Shown here: piece after piece, positions 33,543-44,576 of the stretch
Layout of the letters: each line of letters opens with the position of its first letter
Numbering within the stretch: position 1 is the stretch's first letter
DNA from: Gammaproteobacteria bacterium
Lineage (GTDB): Bacteria; Pseudomonadota; Gammaproteobacteria; UBA4575
Assembly (NCBI GenBank): GCA_965221955.1
Contig: CBDCTA010000017.1
Span: 8,649-72,648, forward strand
Reading direction: 5' to 3'
DNA length: 64,000 bases
Translations under genes and position numbers: made by a program
The notes under the pieces: model-generated
The model's input: only the letters and a program-made list of their open reading frames with translations
The model's database searches: none
What the model was told of the DNA's origin: nothing

Positions 33543-34949
33543 TTATCGTTTTGCGATTCTAGGATCTAATGCATCACGTACAACATCGGCAAACAAATTA
33601 GCAAATAACACCAAAGTAAACATGAAAAATAATGAAGCTGCTAATGACCACCACACCACTGGCTCACGCGCCATTTCAAGACGCGCACTATTGATCATAT
33701 TGCCCCAACTATTCATTGTCGGGTCCACTCCAATGTTGATATAGGACAACACTGCTTCTGCTAACACCAAGCCACTGAAATCCAGCACCAATGTGATCAA
33801 AACAATATGCATCATATTGGGCAAAATATGTCGAAAAATGGTTTGCCCTGAACTCACACCAAACGCTGAAGCCGCTTGCACAAAATCCACTTCTCTTAAT
33901 TTAAGTGTTTCAGCACGAAGCAACCGGCATAGTCCAGTCCAACTCGTTAATCCCAAAATAAGACATAGAAACAAGAGTCGAAGATCAGCACGTTGCGTCA
34001 AACTTGCAAATTCTTCTGCATGCTTACCCATATAAACATTTAGCATGAGAACGGCTGCAGCTATCAGCAACACACCAGGTATGGAATTTAATGTGGTGTA
34101 CAAATACTGAATAACATCATCAATCCAACCACGGAAATATCCCGCCATAATTCCAAGCGTGATGGCAAACGGCAGCATCAACAATGTTGTTAATGTGCCG
34201 ATTACTACTCCGGTGCGAATACTCTTTAAAGCTTGATATAAAACATCTTCACCAACCTTATCTGTACCTAGCACATGGTACTTTGTTGCCCACTCTGAAC
34301 CGATCATTATCACTAGCAAAATTATTGCCAATGTAATCGCTGCTGTTCTCCATGGAATTTCAGACTCTCCACGAGCTATAGTTTTAACAACATTGGCAAA
34401 GGTATTTTTGGTGCGAAAAACTAAAACAAAAGACAATAAAAGCATTAGGACAATCCAAATCACAACAGCTTTTATCGAACCCGTCATTGCTAAATTAAAA
34501 ATGTCAGTATTTTTTTCAGTCGCAGGGTCGTCTAAATGTTTGCCTCCCCAAACTAAACGCGGATACTCTCTTTGTTTGGTTCCGTCTGCTAATTGCACCG
34601 TCTCTTTTGCAAACAAATACGCAGCAAAAGGTGCTGAATAAGTTTTTTCTGTACTATTTCGTATTTCCAAAACCATACGATCAAATACACTATGAATTTC
34701 ACCACTATATTGTGAATCATCGGTTGAATTTTCTAGTTTTGGATGAAAATGAATGGAATCTAAAATGGCAATACCGATGTATAGCAGCAACACCATCATT
34801 GAGATCACACCTGCTTTATTACGCACCACTTGTCTCCATGGCTGGCGTAAATGGGGTTTACGCATCGCATACACGAAAAAAGCAATGATGATAAACACCA
34901 ACGCAAAGATAAGCAGATCAGTAATCAGGAAAACAGGCTTACCAAACAT
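33543..34949 (-). CDS. Peptide ABC transporter permease (DppC/OppC-like)
   Basis: HVLGTDKVGEDV, EAA-like loop FVQAASAFG, RHILPN. Confidence 0.93.
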   Translation of the reverse strand: MFGKPVFLITDLLIFALVFIIIAFFVYAMRKPHLRQPWRQVVRNKAGVISMMVLLLYIGIAILDSIHFHPKLENSTDDSQYSGEIHSVFDRMVLEIRNSTEKTYSAPFAAYLFAKETVQLADGTKQREYPRLVWGGKHLDDPATEKNTDIFNLAMTGSIKAVVIWIVLMLLLSFVLVFRTKNTFANVVKTIARGESEIPWRTAAITLAIILLVIMIGSEWATKYHVLGTDKVGEDVLYQALKSIRTGVVIGTLTTLLMLPFAITLGIMAGYFRGWIDDVIQYLYTTLNSIPGVLLIAAAVLMLNVYMGKHAEEFASLTQRADLRLLFLCLILGLTSWTGLCRLLRAETLKLREVDFVQAASAFGVSSGQTIFRHILPNMMHIVLITLVLDFSGLVLAEAVLSYINIGVDPTMNSWGNMINSARLEMAREPVVWWSLAASLFFMFTLVLFANLFADVVRDALDPRIAKR

Positions 34950-34969
34950 GATCTAATTCACCCTCATAA

Positions 34970-35947
34970 CTAGTTCAACCTAACCCGAGGATCAACAATG
35001 GTGTACGAAATATCAGTCAGCAGTAAACCGATGATGTATAAAAATGCACCTAGAAAAACCATCGACCGTACAATTGAAAAGTCCTGTCGGTTAATTGCAT
35101 CAATGGTATAGCTACCTAAACCAGGAATCCCAAAGAACGACTCCGTAATTAAACTACCCATGAACAAAAGCGGCAGAATAACCACGACACCAGTAAGAAT
35201 TGGAATTAATGCGTTCCTCAATACATGTTTGAATAACACCATTTGTTCTGAAATACCTTTAGCACGCGCGGTGCGCACATAATCTTTATTAATTTCTTCC
35301 AAAAAGATCGTGCGATACCAACGTGTACTCGAACCAATACCTCCGACAATACCAATCAGCACCGGAAGTACTAGAAACTTAATTCCAAATACGCCTTCTT
35401 CGAATCCAGAAATGGGTACTACACGCAAAATTTTACCCATAATGAATTGGCCACCAATGATGTAAAACAAACTGGAAATCGACATCAACGCTACACATAT
35501 AACGACCGCCCAATAATCAATATAGGTTCCACGAAAAAAAGCGATCAACAAAGCAAGCGTGATCGTTACCAATAAACCTATAATTAATTGTGGTACCGCA
35601 ATTGCTAAGCTTGGCCACATACGCTGACTGATATCAAAACTAATATCACGGCCACTATCTGAACGTCCAAAATCAAATACAAACAAACGTATCGATTTTG
35701 TATAAAAAATAGTTTTTGTTATTTTTTCTGAACCTTCTTCTTCTGCATTATAAAAAAGTGGGTAGTGATAACCGCGTTCTGATTTCCAATCCTGAATTTG
35801 TTCTTCAGTGACATGCTTTTGCCCTAAAAACATGCGTGCCATATCATCAGGTGAATTCACAACGAAAAATAATAAAAAAGTAAGGATGTTTACACCGATT
35901 AATATTGGGATTGCATATAAAATGCGGCGGATGATATACGCAATCAT
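34970..35947 (-). CDS. Peptide ABC transporter permease (DppB/OppB-like)
   Basis: YIIRRIL, DYVRTARAKG, KHVLRNALIP. Confidence 0.95.
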   Translation of the reverse strand: MIAYIIRRILYAIPILIGVNILTFLLFFVVNSPDDMARMFLGQKHVTEEQIQDWKSERGYHYPLFYNAEEEGSEKITKTIFYTKSIRLFVFDFGRSDSGRDISFDISQRMWPSLAIAVPQLIIGLLVTITLALLIAFFRGTYIDYWAVVICVALMSISSLFYIIGGQFIMGKILRVVPISGFEEGVFGIKFLVLPVLIGIVGGIGSSTRWYRTIFLEEINKDYVRTARAKGISEQMVLFKHVLRNALIPILTGVVVILPLLFMGSLITESFFGIPGLGSYTIDAINRQDFSIVRSMVFLGAFLYIIGLLLTDISYTIVDPRVRLN

Positions 35948-38169
35948 TTCAATGCACTCCGTTCGCGCTTTCTAAACGCAATAACTGCAGGAATAAACGA
36001 AATTAATAAAAATATTCCAAGATAAACCAATGGCCAATAATTAGGTTTATTCCATTCTTGCCGCTTGATTGCGCGCTCCTTGGCATTCACACGCTTATAT
36101 TTGAGCGTATTATTTGCCATTAAATTAGGCTTCACATTCTTATACCAATCATGAAAAAGCGAAAATGCTTTAGGATGAAATCCCCACAACCAGGGAGCAT
36201 CTTGTTGAGCGATTTTTGTCATTTTTTTAATAATCGCTAAACGCTCTGGGCCATTCTTAATATTCTTCATTTTTTCAAATAAGCGATCAAATTCAGGATT
36301 TGAATAATTTGCCGCATTTTCACCATGGTATTCTACTTTTCCATTAGGCCCATATAATAGAAAAAAGAAATTTTCTGGATCTGGGTAATCTGCATTCCAC
36401 CCCCATTGAAATATCTGGCTCGTTCCGTTACGCATTTTTTCTTGAAAACGATTATAGTCCGTTGCACGAATTACCAATTGAATACCAATTTTCTGGTACT
36501 GTTTACGCATCCAATTTAATTGTGCTTTCGCATCTGGTCCTGCTGCGGGCGTATCAAAATTAAGCACTAATTGTTTTTTTGTTTTTGGATCAATGCCACC
36601 TGCATAACCGGCTTCTACCATCAATTTTTTTGCGATTTCAATATTCTTTCTTTTAGGCTCTCCAAACTTCCATTCATAAACATATGGATTCACACCCTCT
36701 TCGCCTTCAACATTTCCAAAAATCCCTGGTGGAATTGGCCCTTGTGAAGCAACACCTCGTCCGTTAGCAAATATTGAAATATATTCTTCATAATCCACCG
36801 CAATGGAAATTGCGCGACGCAACAAACGTGCAGATTCTGAGTCACCCCCTACAATCGGGTCTAGCATATTAAAACCCATATAAAAGATAGAAGTTGTTAC
36901 AGCTGTCTCCAGCTGGATTCCTTTATCAATCATTAAGTCGGTCAGTTGCAAATCTCCTGTTGAGCCAAATTGAATGGCTTGATCAAAACTGTCGGATGAC
37001 ACACCTGATGTATCGTAATAACCTTGCAAAAACTTATTCCAATATGGAATATTTTCTTTCTCAAGACTGTAGACTGCTTTAGCAACCATTGGCAGTTTCT
37101 TACCAGCATCTTTCAGCAATCCCTTCGCTTTGTCATCAGGCTCACCTTCAGACGGGTAACGCTCATCATGAAAGTTTGGGTTCTTTTCCATCACCATACG
37201 TAAGTTGGGATTATTTTCTGTAAGCATGTATGGCCCAGTACCCACCGGATACCAATTCAACGAAATATTGCGTTCTTCCATTCCATCTTGTGCATAAAAT
37301 TTTTCTGCCTCCCATGGCATTGGAGAAAAAAATGGCATGGCCATCCAATAGATAAGTTGCGGATACTTCCCTTTAATTCGAATACGATATGTATAGCGAT
37401 CTACTACACTCACACCTTTTAGTTTTATCTCACGTAAATCGTGCCAACCTACATTAGGACTAGGATACATTTCGGAAACTTGTTTACGAAATTCATCAAA
37501 TCCTAAAATATATTCACGCATTACACCTGCAATAGGTGAATGCAAGTATGGATTCGCGATTCTTTTAATTTGATATACATAATCTTCAGCAGTCAGTTCA
37601 CGTGTTCCTGTTTCTTCAAAGTCACTCAATACATGAATATCCTCTAAATCTTTTTCAGATACATCAAGATATTTGGAATTACCTTTTTCATCACCAGCAA
37701 ATGCAGGATGTGGTTGAAACATGATGCCTTTAGCGATTTTAATGGTGTACTCAGAATACGCGATGCTATCAATCGCATTTTCATCTACTAAAACTTCATT
37801 TTCTGCATAGTACCGAACTTCAGGCATCTGACTTGCAGTTAGAGGAATCAATGTATAAGGACGTAGCAAGTAATGATATTGCAAGGGAGGTTCATAAATT
37901 TGTGCAATGAACTGATATTCATTTGCACTGTATGAGCTAACTGGATCTAATCGCTTCGGTCGCTCACTGAATGATGAATAAATTACCTCTACATTTTCAC
38001 CATTCTCTGCATCATCGCTTGGATAAGGATTATTCCAAGCACCATCACTACATGCATTAAGTAAAAATGCTAGAAAAAAATAAATGAAAACTATCGAACG
38101 ACTGTTCACAGGATGGTTTAATGTATAATCTATCCGAGAAAGACTATTCTTCCCTGAAATATAATTCAT
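35944..38169 (-). CDS. Peptide ABC transporter substrate-binding lipoprotein (family 5)
   Basis: LNAC lipobox, PVGTGPY, WNADYPDPENF. Confidence 0.92.
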   Translation of the reverse strand: MNYISGKNSLSRIDYTLNHPVNSRSIVFIYFFLAFLLNACSDGAWNNPYPSDDAENGENVEVIYSSFSERPKRLDPVSSYSANEYQFIAQIYEPPLQYHYLLRPYTLIPLTASQMPEVRYYAENEVLVDENAIDSIAYSEYTIKIAKGIMFQPHPAFAGDEKGNSKYLDVSEKDLEDIHVLSDFEETGTRELTAEDYVYQIKRIANPYLHSPIAGVMREYILGFDEFRKQVSEMYPSPNVGWHDLREIKLKGVSVVDRYTYRIRIKGKYPQLIYWMAMPFFSPMPWEAEKFYAQDGMEERNISLNWYPVGTGPYMLTENNPNLRMVMEKNPNFHDERYPSEGEPDDKAKGLLKDAGKKLPMVAKAVYSLEKENIPYWNKFLQGYYDTSGVSSDSFDQAIQFGSTGDLQLTDLMIDKGIQLETAVTTSIFYMGFNMLDPIVGGDSESARLLRRAISIAVDYEEYISIFANGRGVASQGPIPPGIFGNVEGEEGVNPYVYEWKFGEPKRKNIEIAKKLMVEAGYAGGIDPKTKKQLVLNFDTPAAGPDAKAQLNWMRKQYQKIGIQLVIRATDYNRFQEKMRNGTSQIFQWGWNADYPDPENFFFLLYGPNGKVEYHGENAANYSNPEFDRLFEKMKNIKNGPERLAIIKKMTKIAQQDAPWLWGFHPKAFSLFHDWYKNVKPNLMANNTLKYKRVNAKERAIKRQEWNKPNYWPLVYLGIFLLISFIPAVIAFRKRERSALK

Positions 38170-38270
38170 AAGCAGCGCTATTATAGACTGTTTAATAAAA
38201 AAAGTAGTTCAATCTAAGCTTATCTACTAATATTACTTAACTTTAATACTAATACTTTACGGAAAAACGC

Positions 38271-39056
38271 ATGGGATTCTTAGCAGGAAAACGCGCCTTA
38301 ATTGTCGGCATCGCAAGTAATCGCTCTATCGCCTGGGGTATCGCCGAGGCCATGAAACGTGAAGGTGCAGAATTAGCCTTCACCTATCAAAATGAAAAAC
38401 TCAAACCTCGAGTAGAAAAATTTGCTGCGGAATGCGGTGCAGAAATCATACTGCCCTGCGACTTAGGGAGTGATAGCGATATCACCCAATTATTTGAGGA
38501 GTTAGGAAAATCCTGGGATAAATTAGATATTCTTGTTCACTCTGCAGCATTTGCCCCTAAAGAAGAATTAGCCGGTGACTTTGTAGAGCTCACCACACGA
38601 GAAGGATCGAAAATTGCTCATGATATAAGCAGCTATAGCCTTACCGCACTAGCTAAGGCTGCAAGACCCATGATGCAAGGCACCCATGGCGCTATCATCT
38701 CTCTTTCTTATATGGGTGCTGTACGTGCAATGCCAAACTACAATGTCATGGGCCTCGCCAAAGCCAGCCTAGAAGCCAACATCCGCTATATGGCGTACGC
38801 CTTGGGCCCAGATGGTATTCGTGTGAACGGTATTTCTGCAGGCCCTATCCGAACCTTAGCGGCAGCAGGCATTGGCGATTTCAGAAAAATGCTCGACCAT
38901 GTTGAACAAAATGCCCCGCTGCGTAAAAACGTAACCATTGAAGAAGTAGGAAATACTGCTGCATTTTTATGCAGCGACCTAGCAAGCGGAATAACGGGTG
39001 AAATCACCTACGTGGATGCCGGATACAATATTGTCGGTATGACAGGATACGCCTAG
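38271..39056 (+). CDS. fabI: Enoyl-ACP reductase FabI
   Basis: [30 protein letters not shown]. Confidence 0.98.
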   Translation: MGFLAGKRALIVGIASNRSIAWGIAEAMKREGAELAFTYQNEKLKPRVEKFAAECGAEIILPCDLGSDSDITQLFEELGKSWDKLDILVHSAAFAPKEELAGDFVELTTREGSKIAHDISSYSLTALAKAARPMMQGTHGAIISLSYMGAVRAMPNYNVMGLAKASLEANIRYMAYALGPDGIRVNGISAGPIRTLAAAGIGDFRKMLDHVEQNAPLRKNVTIEEVGNTAAFLCSDLASGITGEITYVDAGYNIVGMTGYA

Positions 39057-39079
39057 AACTCTTAAGGCTTTTTCGTCAG

Positions 39080-39427
39080 TTAACAATTTGAAATCACAAA
39101 AAACTTTTTAAACGATTCTTGTATCGTCCATGTTGTTTTAATTCCTTTATCGAAGGAAGCAATATCACCTGCTTGAAGTGTAACTTCTCCACCTTGTGCA
39201 AATTCGATTAAGAGCTTGCCCTCTAAAACATGAATAATTTCATCACCAGGAAATTCATATTCAAAAGTTAATGGCTCACATTTCCATAAACCCGAATATG
39301 TAGGCTCACCACTTGAATTAGCTTGCCCTAACCAATGCACCTCCCCTGCTTGTTTATCGCCAACCATAAATGGCTCATAAGCATTTGTTGAAGTATTTGA
39401 TTTCAAGTAGTTGACTTTATTATTCAT
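39080..39427 (-). CDS. Cupin domain protein (DUF861/EutQ-like)
   Basis: GLWKCEP, EIIHVLEG, LQAGD..F.KG..TW. Confidence 0.85.
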   Translation of the reverse strand: MNNKVNYLKSNTSTNAYEPFMVGDKQAGEVHWLGQANSSGEPTYSGLWKCEPLTFEYEFPGDEIIHVLEGKLLIEFAQGGEVTLQAGDIASFDKGIKTTWTIQESFKKFFVISNC

Positions 39428-39519
39428 AATTTTTCCTTCAGTAAATTAATTACTTTTAATTTTTATATTAGCAGATTAGAGGAGTACAATACTTTAATCC
39501 TACTTTAAGGAGATGTCAC

Positions 39520-39954
39520 ATGTCTGAATCAAATCAAACACCCTGGCACCTTTGGTTGGTTGGCATAATCGCTTTGCTTTGGAACGCTATTGGCGCACTT
39601 GATTACTATATGTCACAGACTAAAAACGAAGCGTATATGAGCATGTTCACCCCTGAACAGCTGGAATTTTTTTATAGCTTTCCGCCTTGGTCAATTGCGT
39701 TATGGGCCATTGCAGTTTGGGGAGGGTTATTAGGATCTATTCTCTTGTTATTCCGTAAACGTGCAGCTGTACCAGTATTTTTAATATCATTAATATGCAT
39801 GGTAATTAACACTATATATATTTATGGATTTACAAATGGCATGGAAGTTATGGGTGATCCATTATCATTAATATTTAGCGTAGTGATTTTTATTGTTGCA
39901 GTATTTTTATACTTTTACTCTAAAAAATTAAGTTCTCGAAATATCCTTACTTAA
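39520..39954 (+). CDS. Hypothetical 4-TM membrane protein
   Basis: PWHLWLVGIIALLWNAIG; AGGAG RBS. Confidence 0.8.
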   Translation: MSESNQTPWHLWLVGIIALLWNAIGALDYYMSQTKNEAYMSMFTPEQLEFFYSFPPWSIALWAIAVWGGLLGSILLLFRKRAAVPVFLISLICMVINTIYIYGFTNGMEVMGDPLSLIFSVVIFIVAVFLYFYSKKLSSRNILT

Positions 39955-39971
39955 AAACATAAGAAATTAGT

Positions 39972-40289
39972 ATGCCTGAATTTATTTTTGCTTATCATGG
40001 TGGGAAATCACCAGAAACACCTGAAGAAGGAGCAAAGGAAATAGAAAAATGGAATAAATGGATAGCAGATCTCGGCGATCAAATGATTAATCCTGGTTCA
40101 CCGGTAGGGATGTCTAAAACAGTAAGCATAGATGGAGTCGAAAACCATGGTGGAGCAAACCCCTTAATGGGCTACTCCATCATCAAGGCAGATAATATGG
40201 AAGCTGTACTAGAAATTGCTAAAAGTTGCCCCTTCTTAAACATGGAAACCGCAACCGTTGAAGTTGCGGAAATTATGCAGCTTCCTTAA
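39972..40289 (+). CDS. YciI/DGPF-like dimeric alpha-beta barrel protein
   Basis: GYSIIKADNMEAVLEIAKSCP, VEVAE. Confidence 0.8.
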   Translation: MPEFIFAYHGGKSPETPEEGAKEIEKWNKWIADLGDQMINPGSPVGMSKTVSIDGVENHGGANPLMGYSIIKADNMEAVLEIAKSCPFLNMETATVEVAEIMQLP

Positions 40290-40328
40290 AAGTTGATTTT
40301 TACTATCCAGTATTTAGTCGCAAATACT

Positions 40329-40559
40329 TTACTTTCGATAAACTTCTAAAATACGGAATTCAAAGTCTTCAATTTGATGTAATGCAACATCAAATTGTAT
40401 CGCTAGCTTTTCAGCAAAGTCTAAAGCTTTCTTTTTGGTCTCCTCTTCGTTGCCGTCTTCCATGCAAAAAATCTGAGTTAATTTCCAGCCTTGCTGTTTA
40501 ATTATCCCAGTATCTTGAGGCTCTAAGGTTTTAATTTTTGCACTTCCATTCGATTCCAT
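40329..40559 (-). CDS. Hypothetical protein
   Basis: 76-aa ORF with AGGT RBS directly after the upstream gene. Confidence 0.55.
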   Translation of the reverse strand: MESNGSAKIKTLEPQDTGIIKQQGWKLTQIFCMEDGNEEETKKKALDFAEKLAIQFDVALHQIEDFEFRILEVYRK

Positions 40560-40571
40560 AGCACCTAATCC

Positions 40572-41075
40572 TTACTCCCAAAATTTCCACCATTTTCTGC
40601 TGTGCTCTTCTCTAGAGGCTTGACCTTGCTCTGAGCCCTTACCTAATTCCTTTCTTTCCTGCTCAGCTTTTTTCGCTTTCTGTTTTTCTAAACCTTTTGA
40701 ATCCTCATATTCATCATCGTCGTCATGATCATCTCGATCATCATCGTAGTCATCCTCATCATCATAATCGTCGTCGTCGTCGTCGTCATGATCATCGTCT
40801 TTTTTACCTTTATGATCACGATCTTTTTTATGCTTTCTATCATGATCATGGTCCTCATCGTCATCATCATGATCGTCATCGTCACTATCGTCATCATCAT
40901 GTTTCATCATTTTATCTTTATGCTTGTGATCTTTTTTCACATGCTCTTTGTCTGGCTTACCTTTTTTATCTTTGTGACTTCCAGCCTGAACAACAGAAAA
41001 AGCTAGAAAAAATGAGAACAACAAAACTAAAATAATTTGCATTAGTGAATTTTGTTTTCTATTGTGACTTTGCAT
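40572..41075 (-). CDS. Secreted Asp/His/Lys-rich low-complexity protein
   Basis: Signal peptide, D/H tracts, C-terminal KWWKFWE; GGAG RBS. Confidence 0.75.
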   Translation of the reverse strand: MQSHNRKQNSLMQIILVLLFSFFLAFSVVQAGSHKDKKGKPDKEHVKKDHKHKDKMMKHDDDDSDDDDHDDDDEDHDHDRKHKKDRDHKGKKDDDHDDDDDDDYDDEDDYDDDRDDHDDDDEYEDSKGLEKQKAKKAEQERKELGKGSEQGQASREEHSRKWWKFWE

Positions 41076-41077
41076 CG

Positions 41078-41497
41078 TTACACTCCTGGATTTTTAGGCA
41101 TTAAAGATTTCGCATTATTAATTCTTTGAATTAATGGTGCACATAATGGCATTAAGTCTTCATCAATAAACTGCTTTGAAGGCTTATGTTTATAAACATA
41201 TTTATTAATGAGATCGACATACATCTGACAAATTGCAATTTCATTTTCATAATTTCTAACGCTTCTAGAGTAGATCGCAGCTAGTTCAAAATGTTCCGGT
41301 GAAGGAACTTCTCCAGCGGACTCAGAACGAGCAATTTCCTCTCTACATGCATTTACGGCTTGGAGTAAATCTGATTCACCTACATCTTCTGCTGCAATTG
41401 ATTTCTCTTCATTCTTTCTACCTTTTTCAAAGATGTTGGTAAGTGTAAAACTACTTTTGCGAATGAGAGAGTTAATAAGTGTGTCTAAAACGGACAT
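41078..41497 (-). CDS. Hypothetical protein
   Basis: 139-aa ORF co-oriented with and 2 bp from the next gene. Confidence 0.6.
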   Translation of the reverse strand: MSVLDTLINSLIRKSSFTLTNIFEKGRKNEEKSIAAEDVGESDLLQAVNACREEIARSESAGEVPSPEHFELAAIYSRSVRNYENEIAICQMYVDLINKYVYKHKPSKQFIDEDLMPLCAPLIQRINNAKSLMPKNPGV

Positions 41498-41674
41498 CTT
41501 CGACGCAATACTTGTTATGTAAGTGGTTGAATATTATCTATAAATTATTTGAAGTGAGATGAATCTAAGGGATTAATGGTAGAAATTACGGATAAATTGA
41601 GCATAAACTCAATAAATACTTGACGATAGTCAACTATCCCAAGACTATTCAGTTACTCAAAATCCATTAGGGCC

Positions 41675-41884
41675 TTATAACACCTCGTCTATCGGTGCAC
41701 CTTCATCGCACTTTTTACATTCAAGTTTATAACCAAGCATTTTTTTACGCCCTTCATTAGTTAGTACCCATGGGCGACTTACCATAGGCGGATTATGTCG
41801 AACATGTTGAAAATGTCCGCACTCAAGTTCCGCTACCCAATGGCTTTCATCATCGAGGTGATATCCCTCTATTCTCTGCTTCAT
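41675..41884 (-). CDS. DUF3565 family protein
   Basis: WVAELECGHFQHVRHNPP...RPWV...CKKC. Confidence 0.88.
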   Translation of the reverse strand: MKQRIEGYHLDDESHWVAELECGHFQHVRHNPPMVSRPWVLTNEGRKKMLGYKLECKKCDEGAPIDEVL

Positions 41885-41893
41885 AAGAGTTCG

Positions 41894-42259
41894 TTAACTT
41901 GCTAACCAAGTTTCCGCTTCATCTTCTTCATCTAAATCAAATGCTTTGATTTTGAGCCCTGGAATCAACGCGCCTTCAATTTCACTAGCTTTTTTCACCC
42001 ATTTTTTATCCACCAGCACTGCCGCACGATCAAATTTCTTAATAAATTTATATGCTTCTGGTAAACGCGAAAATTCCACACCCATCGCACCCAATGTTGG
42101 AATCTCAAAATCGGTTATGCGATATAACATCTTTCCATGCTCAATATCTCGGGCACTACTAAATAATTCATCAAGCGCGACTCTCATTTCATCCTTACCT
42201 AATTTTCCACCAAATTCGATGTCTATTCGATTTTCACCATTTCTAACCACTTCAAACAT
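41894..42259 (-). CDS. SpoIIAA-like / STAS-SEC14 domain protein
   Basis: KFDRAAVLVDKKW, IKAFD...AETWL; likely ATG at 42259. Confidence 0.85.
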   Translation of the reverse strand: MFEVVRNGENRIDIEFGGKLGKDEMRVALDELFSSARDIEHGKMLYRITDFEIPTLGAMGVEFSRLPEAYKFIKKFDRAAVLVDKKWVKKASEIEGALIPGLKIKAFDLDEEDEAETWLAS

Positions 42260-42361
42260 AACAGTCACCAACATGTAAAAACTAAATGCTACTTTATGTA
42301 AGATTGGGTCTGTCCTGACATAAATCAATGCGTATATTAGAAATCTGCATAGAATTATTGC

Positions 42362-42691
42362 ATGGCAACACACCACGCAAGCCCAGGTGAAATTGTTGAC
42401 CTACAAACGTGGGCGGCTGATTTACCCAAAGAACACACTAAGGCTATTGTCAAAACTGACGATATGGAGTTAATTAGACTGGTGTTCCCTGCAGGCAAAG
42501 GATTACCTGATCATAAGGTCGATGGCCCCATTACCGTACACTGCATAGCTGGGAAAATAGCGGTCACTGCAATGGGCAAAACTCAAGAACTGAATTACGA
42601 CCAATTATTACATCTACCGCCAGGTGAAGCGCACTCCTTAAAAGCGGTTTTAGATTCTGTGGTGTTATTAACGATAATTTTTAAAAATTAA
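42362..42691 (+). CDS. Cupin domain protein
   Basis: HKVDGPITVHCIAG, HSLKAVLDSVVLLTI. Confidence 0.85.
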   Translation: MATHHASPGEIVDLQTWAADLPKEHTKAIVKTDDMELIRLVFPAGKGLPDHKVDGPITVHCIAGKIAVTAMGKTQELNYDQLLHLPPGEAHSLKAVLDSVVLLTIIFKN

Positions 42692-42766
42692 CAGCCACTT
42701 ATAAAAGTGTATATAACATATATATACATTTACCTTCACATACATCACACTCAGTGGAAGTTTAGC

Positions 42767-42919
42767 TTATTTACTGGTAAGAATTTCAATCTTCCAAGTC
42801 ATATTAGTGCGACGGCTAACTAATTTGCAGCTTTTGTTATCAATTTTTGTAACCCGATAGCGTTTAAGCAGATTTTTCAAATAATCTTCACCAGAATCGC
42901 TTCCTTTTAATAACTTCAT
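42767..42919 (-). CDS. Possible 50-aa small protein (below the ORF-track cutoff)
   Basis: MKLLKGSDSGEDYLKNLLKRYRVTKIDNKSCKLVSRRTNMTWKIEILTSK* with AAGGA upstream. Confidence 0.35.
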   Translation of the reverse strand: MKLLKGSDSGEDYLKNLLKRYRVTKIDNKSCKLVSRRTNMTWKIEILTSK

Positions 42920-43097
42920 AAACCAACATCCTTGTTGTTGTAGAAGTCTAGTTTCTCAAATACTTCCCAGAAATATTGTGAAAAACACAACGATTTTTGA
43001 AGCCGTTTATCGGTTAACCATAATTAAGGAAACTCAATTCACAAATTCAGCAAAAATACAGGCCCGGATAGTTTCATTTTTTTATTTGTTAGGCTTA

Positions 43098-43511
43098 CTA
43101 ACAAGATGACATATCTTTAGATAACTCTGCAACAAATTTACCGTTTTTATCTAGGTATCTGTATACCATAATAACGCCAAGTTTCTTGAAACTATCTAAT
43201 CCCTCCTTACTACAAAGTGGCGCAATAATCGCGTCATACAAAAGTTTATCTACTTCATTAACATCAAGCTCTTCTACAGTTAGATTTACAAGCGTATTGT
43301 TGTAGATAATGTAGTTAGCTGTAGTCGCTGCACCATCCAACCTTGTTTCCTCATCCAATGCTTTTGGAGATGACTCATTGATCTGCTTAACTGCTTTAGT
43401 TAATTCCGTTGACAGTTTACGTTGATGTTTTGTTTGGAGTTCCTGTGCATGTGTAATTTGGTTAACCACATTTAATACACACATCACTAAAATAAGACCA
43501 AATAATTTCAT
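43098..43511 (-). CDS. Hypothetical secreted protein
   Basis: Signal peptide; P..LDEETRLD, Y.Y.DKNG; AAGG RBS. Confidence 0.7.
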   Translation of the reverse strand: MKLFGLILVMCVLNVVNQITHAQELQTKHQRKLSTELTKAVKQINESSPKALDEETRLDGAATTANYIIYNNTLVNLTVEELDVNEVDKLLYDAIIAPLCSKEGLDSFKKLGVIMVYRYLDKNGKFVAELSKDMSSC

Positions 43512-43676
43512 TTATTTATACCTTTTAATGAGAATTTCTTGAATGGATACAAGTGAATATATAGGAGCACTGATCTTAAACGCCAAATAGCTTTCAGACC
43601 AATGCTTGAGCATTGAAATCATCACATATGGCTTGCTTTTGCAGATAGAATGAAAACAAACTTGCGCAAGATTTCT

Positions 43677-44390
43677 TTACATCACACTCGTAATAAATCG
43701 CATGATTGATATCGCAGCTTCTTTAGGTTGCGTTTGTAACAACATATGGGGAGTGTCAAAATATTCCACCGTTACATTTTTACCTTTTTCTTGAATCCAC
43801 TTCATCGAACTTTCATACACCAAGCGATCTTTTTTTGCTCTAAGATACAAAATAGGCAACTCACTCTGCTCTAAAATATTCGTCACATCCACAGCTGCAA
43901 TTTCTCGTAAGCGATAAAAATACACTTCGCGTGTGAGCTCACGCGTTGCAGCTTGAATATTCTGAATTAATTTTGCATCCGACACGCCATTGGTAAGCAT
44001 AGTTTTAATCCACGCCGCTGGAGTTTCTTTTTGCAAGTGTTTGGGTTTTAAGAAAGGTCGAATAAACTTAGTGAACAATACCTGAGGATTTTTCACAAAT
44101 GAAACGCACAAAATAATGCCTTTTAAGTTTTCATCTGTGTATTTTGAAAGCATCATCGCTAACGGCCCACCAAAAGATTCACCTAAAATGACATATGGCG
44201 AATTCGGCAACTCATCTTTTAAGTAATGACACAAATCAGAATACGTCATCACCTTATCACTAGGGTAAGAGAGAACGATGCTATTAACAGAATCAGATAA
44301 TTCTTTATGAAGCGGAGAAAACAAACGACCCGAACCATCGAAGCCAGGAAGTAAAACGAGCGTTGGTTTCAATATTTCGCTAGTGCCCAC
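43677..44390 (-). CDS. Alpha/beta hydrolase
   Basis: LLPGFDG, GESFGG nucleophile elbow, DRLV, PHMLLQ. Confidence 0.9.
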   Translation of the reverse strand: MGTSEILKPTLVLLPGFDGSGRLFSPLHKELSDSVNSIVLSYPSDKVMTYSDLCHYLKDELPNSPYVILGESFGGPLAMMLSKYTDENLKGIILCVSFVKNPQVLFTKFIRPFLKPKHLQKETPAAWIKTMLTNGVSDAKLIQNIQAATRELTREVYFYRLREIAAVDVTNILEQSELPILYLRAKKDRLVYESSMKWIQEKGKNVTVEYFDTPHMLLQTQPKEAAISIMRFITSVM

Positions 44391-44576
44391 TTTTGGTTAA
44401 TAACAATAAGTAAATAAAACTAAATATTAATCACTGATCTTTACTTTTACACCACTAATCCCTAGATAAAATCAGTTAACGGCAAAGCCGCATACTCTTA
44501 CCCAATAGTGAAATCAACAAAAATGAATAGAGATTCATTACGTTGAGCGGCACGAATCCAAATCAGGAGTCGGAAA

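Noticed and set aside
40697-41035. His/Arg-rich and Ile/Val-rich ORFs on other frames
   Set aside because: Shadow frames of the Asp-rich gene; only the minus-strand frame has an RBS and a signal peptide.
44470-44560. c-di-GMP-I riboswitch upstream of the DUF4382 gene
   Set aside because: GCAAAGCC is present but the GNRA-capped P2 stem and receptor are not recognisable.
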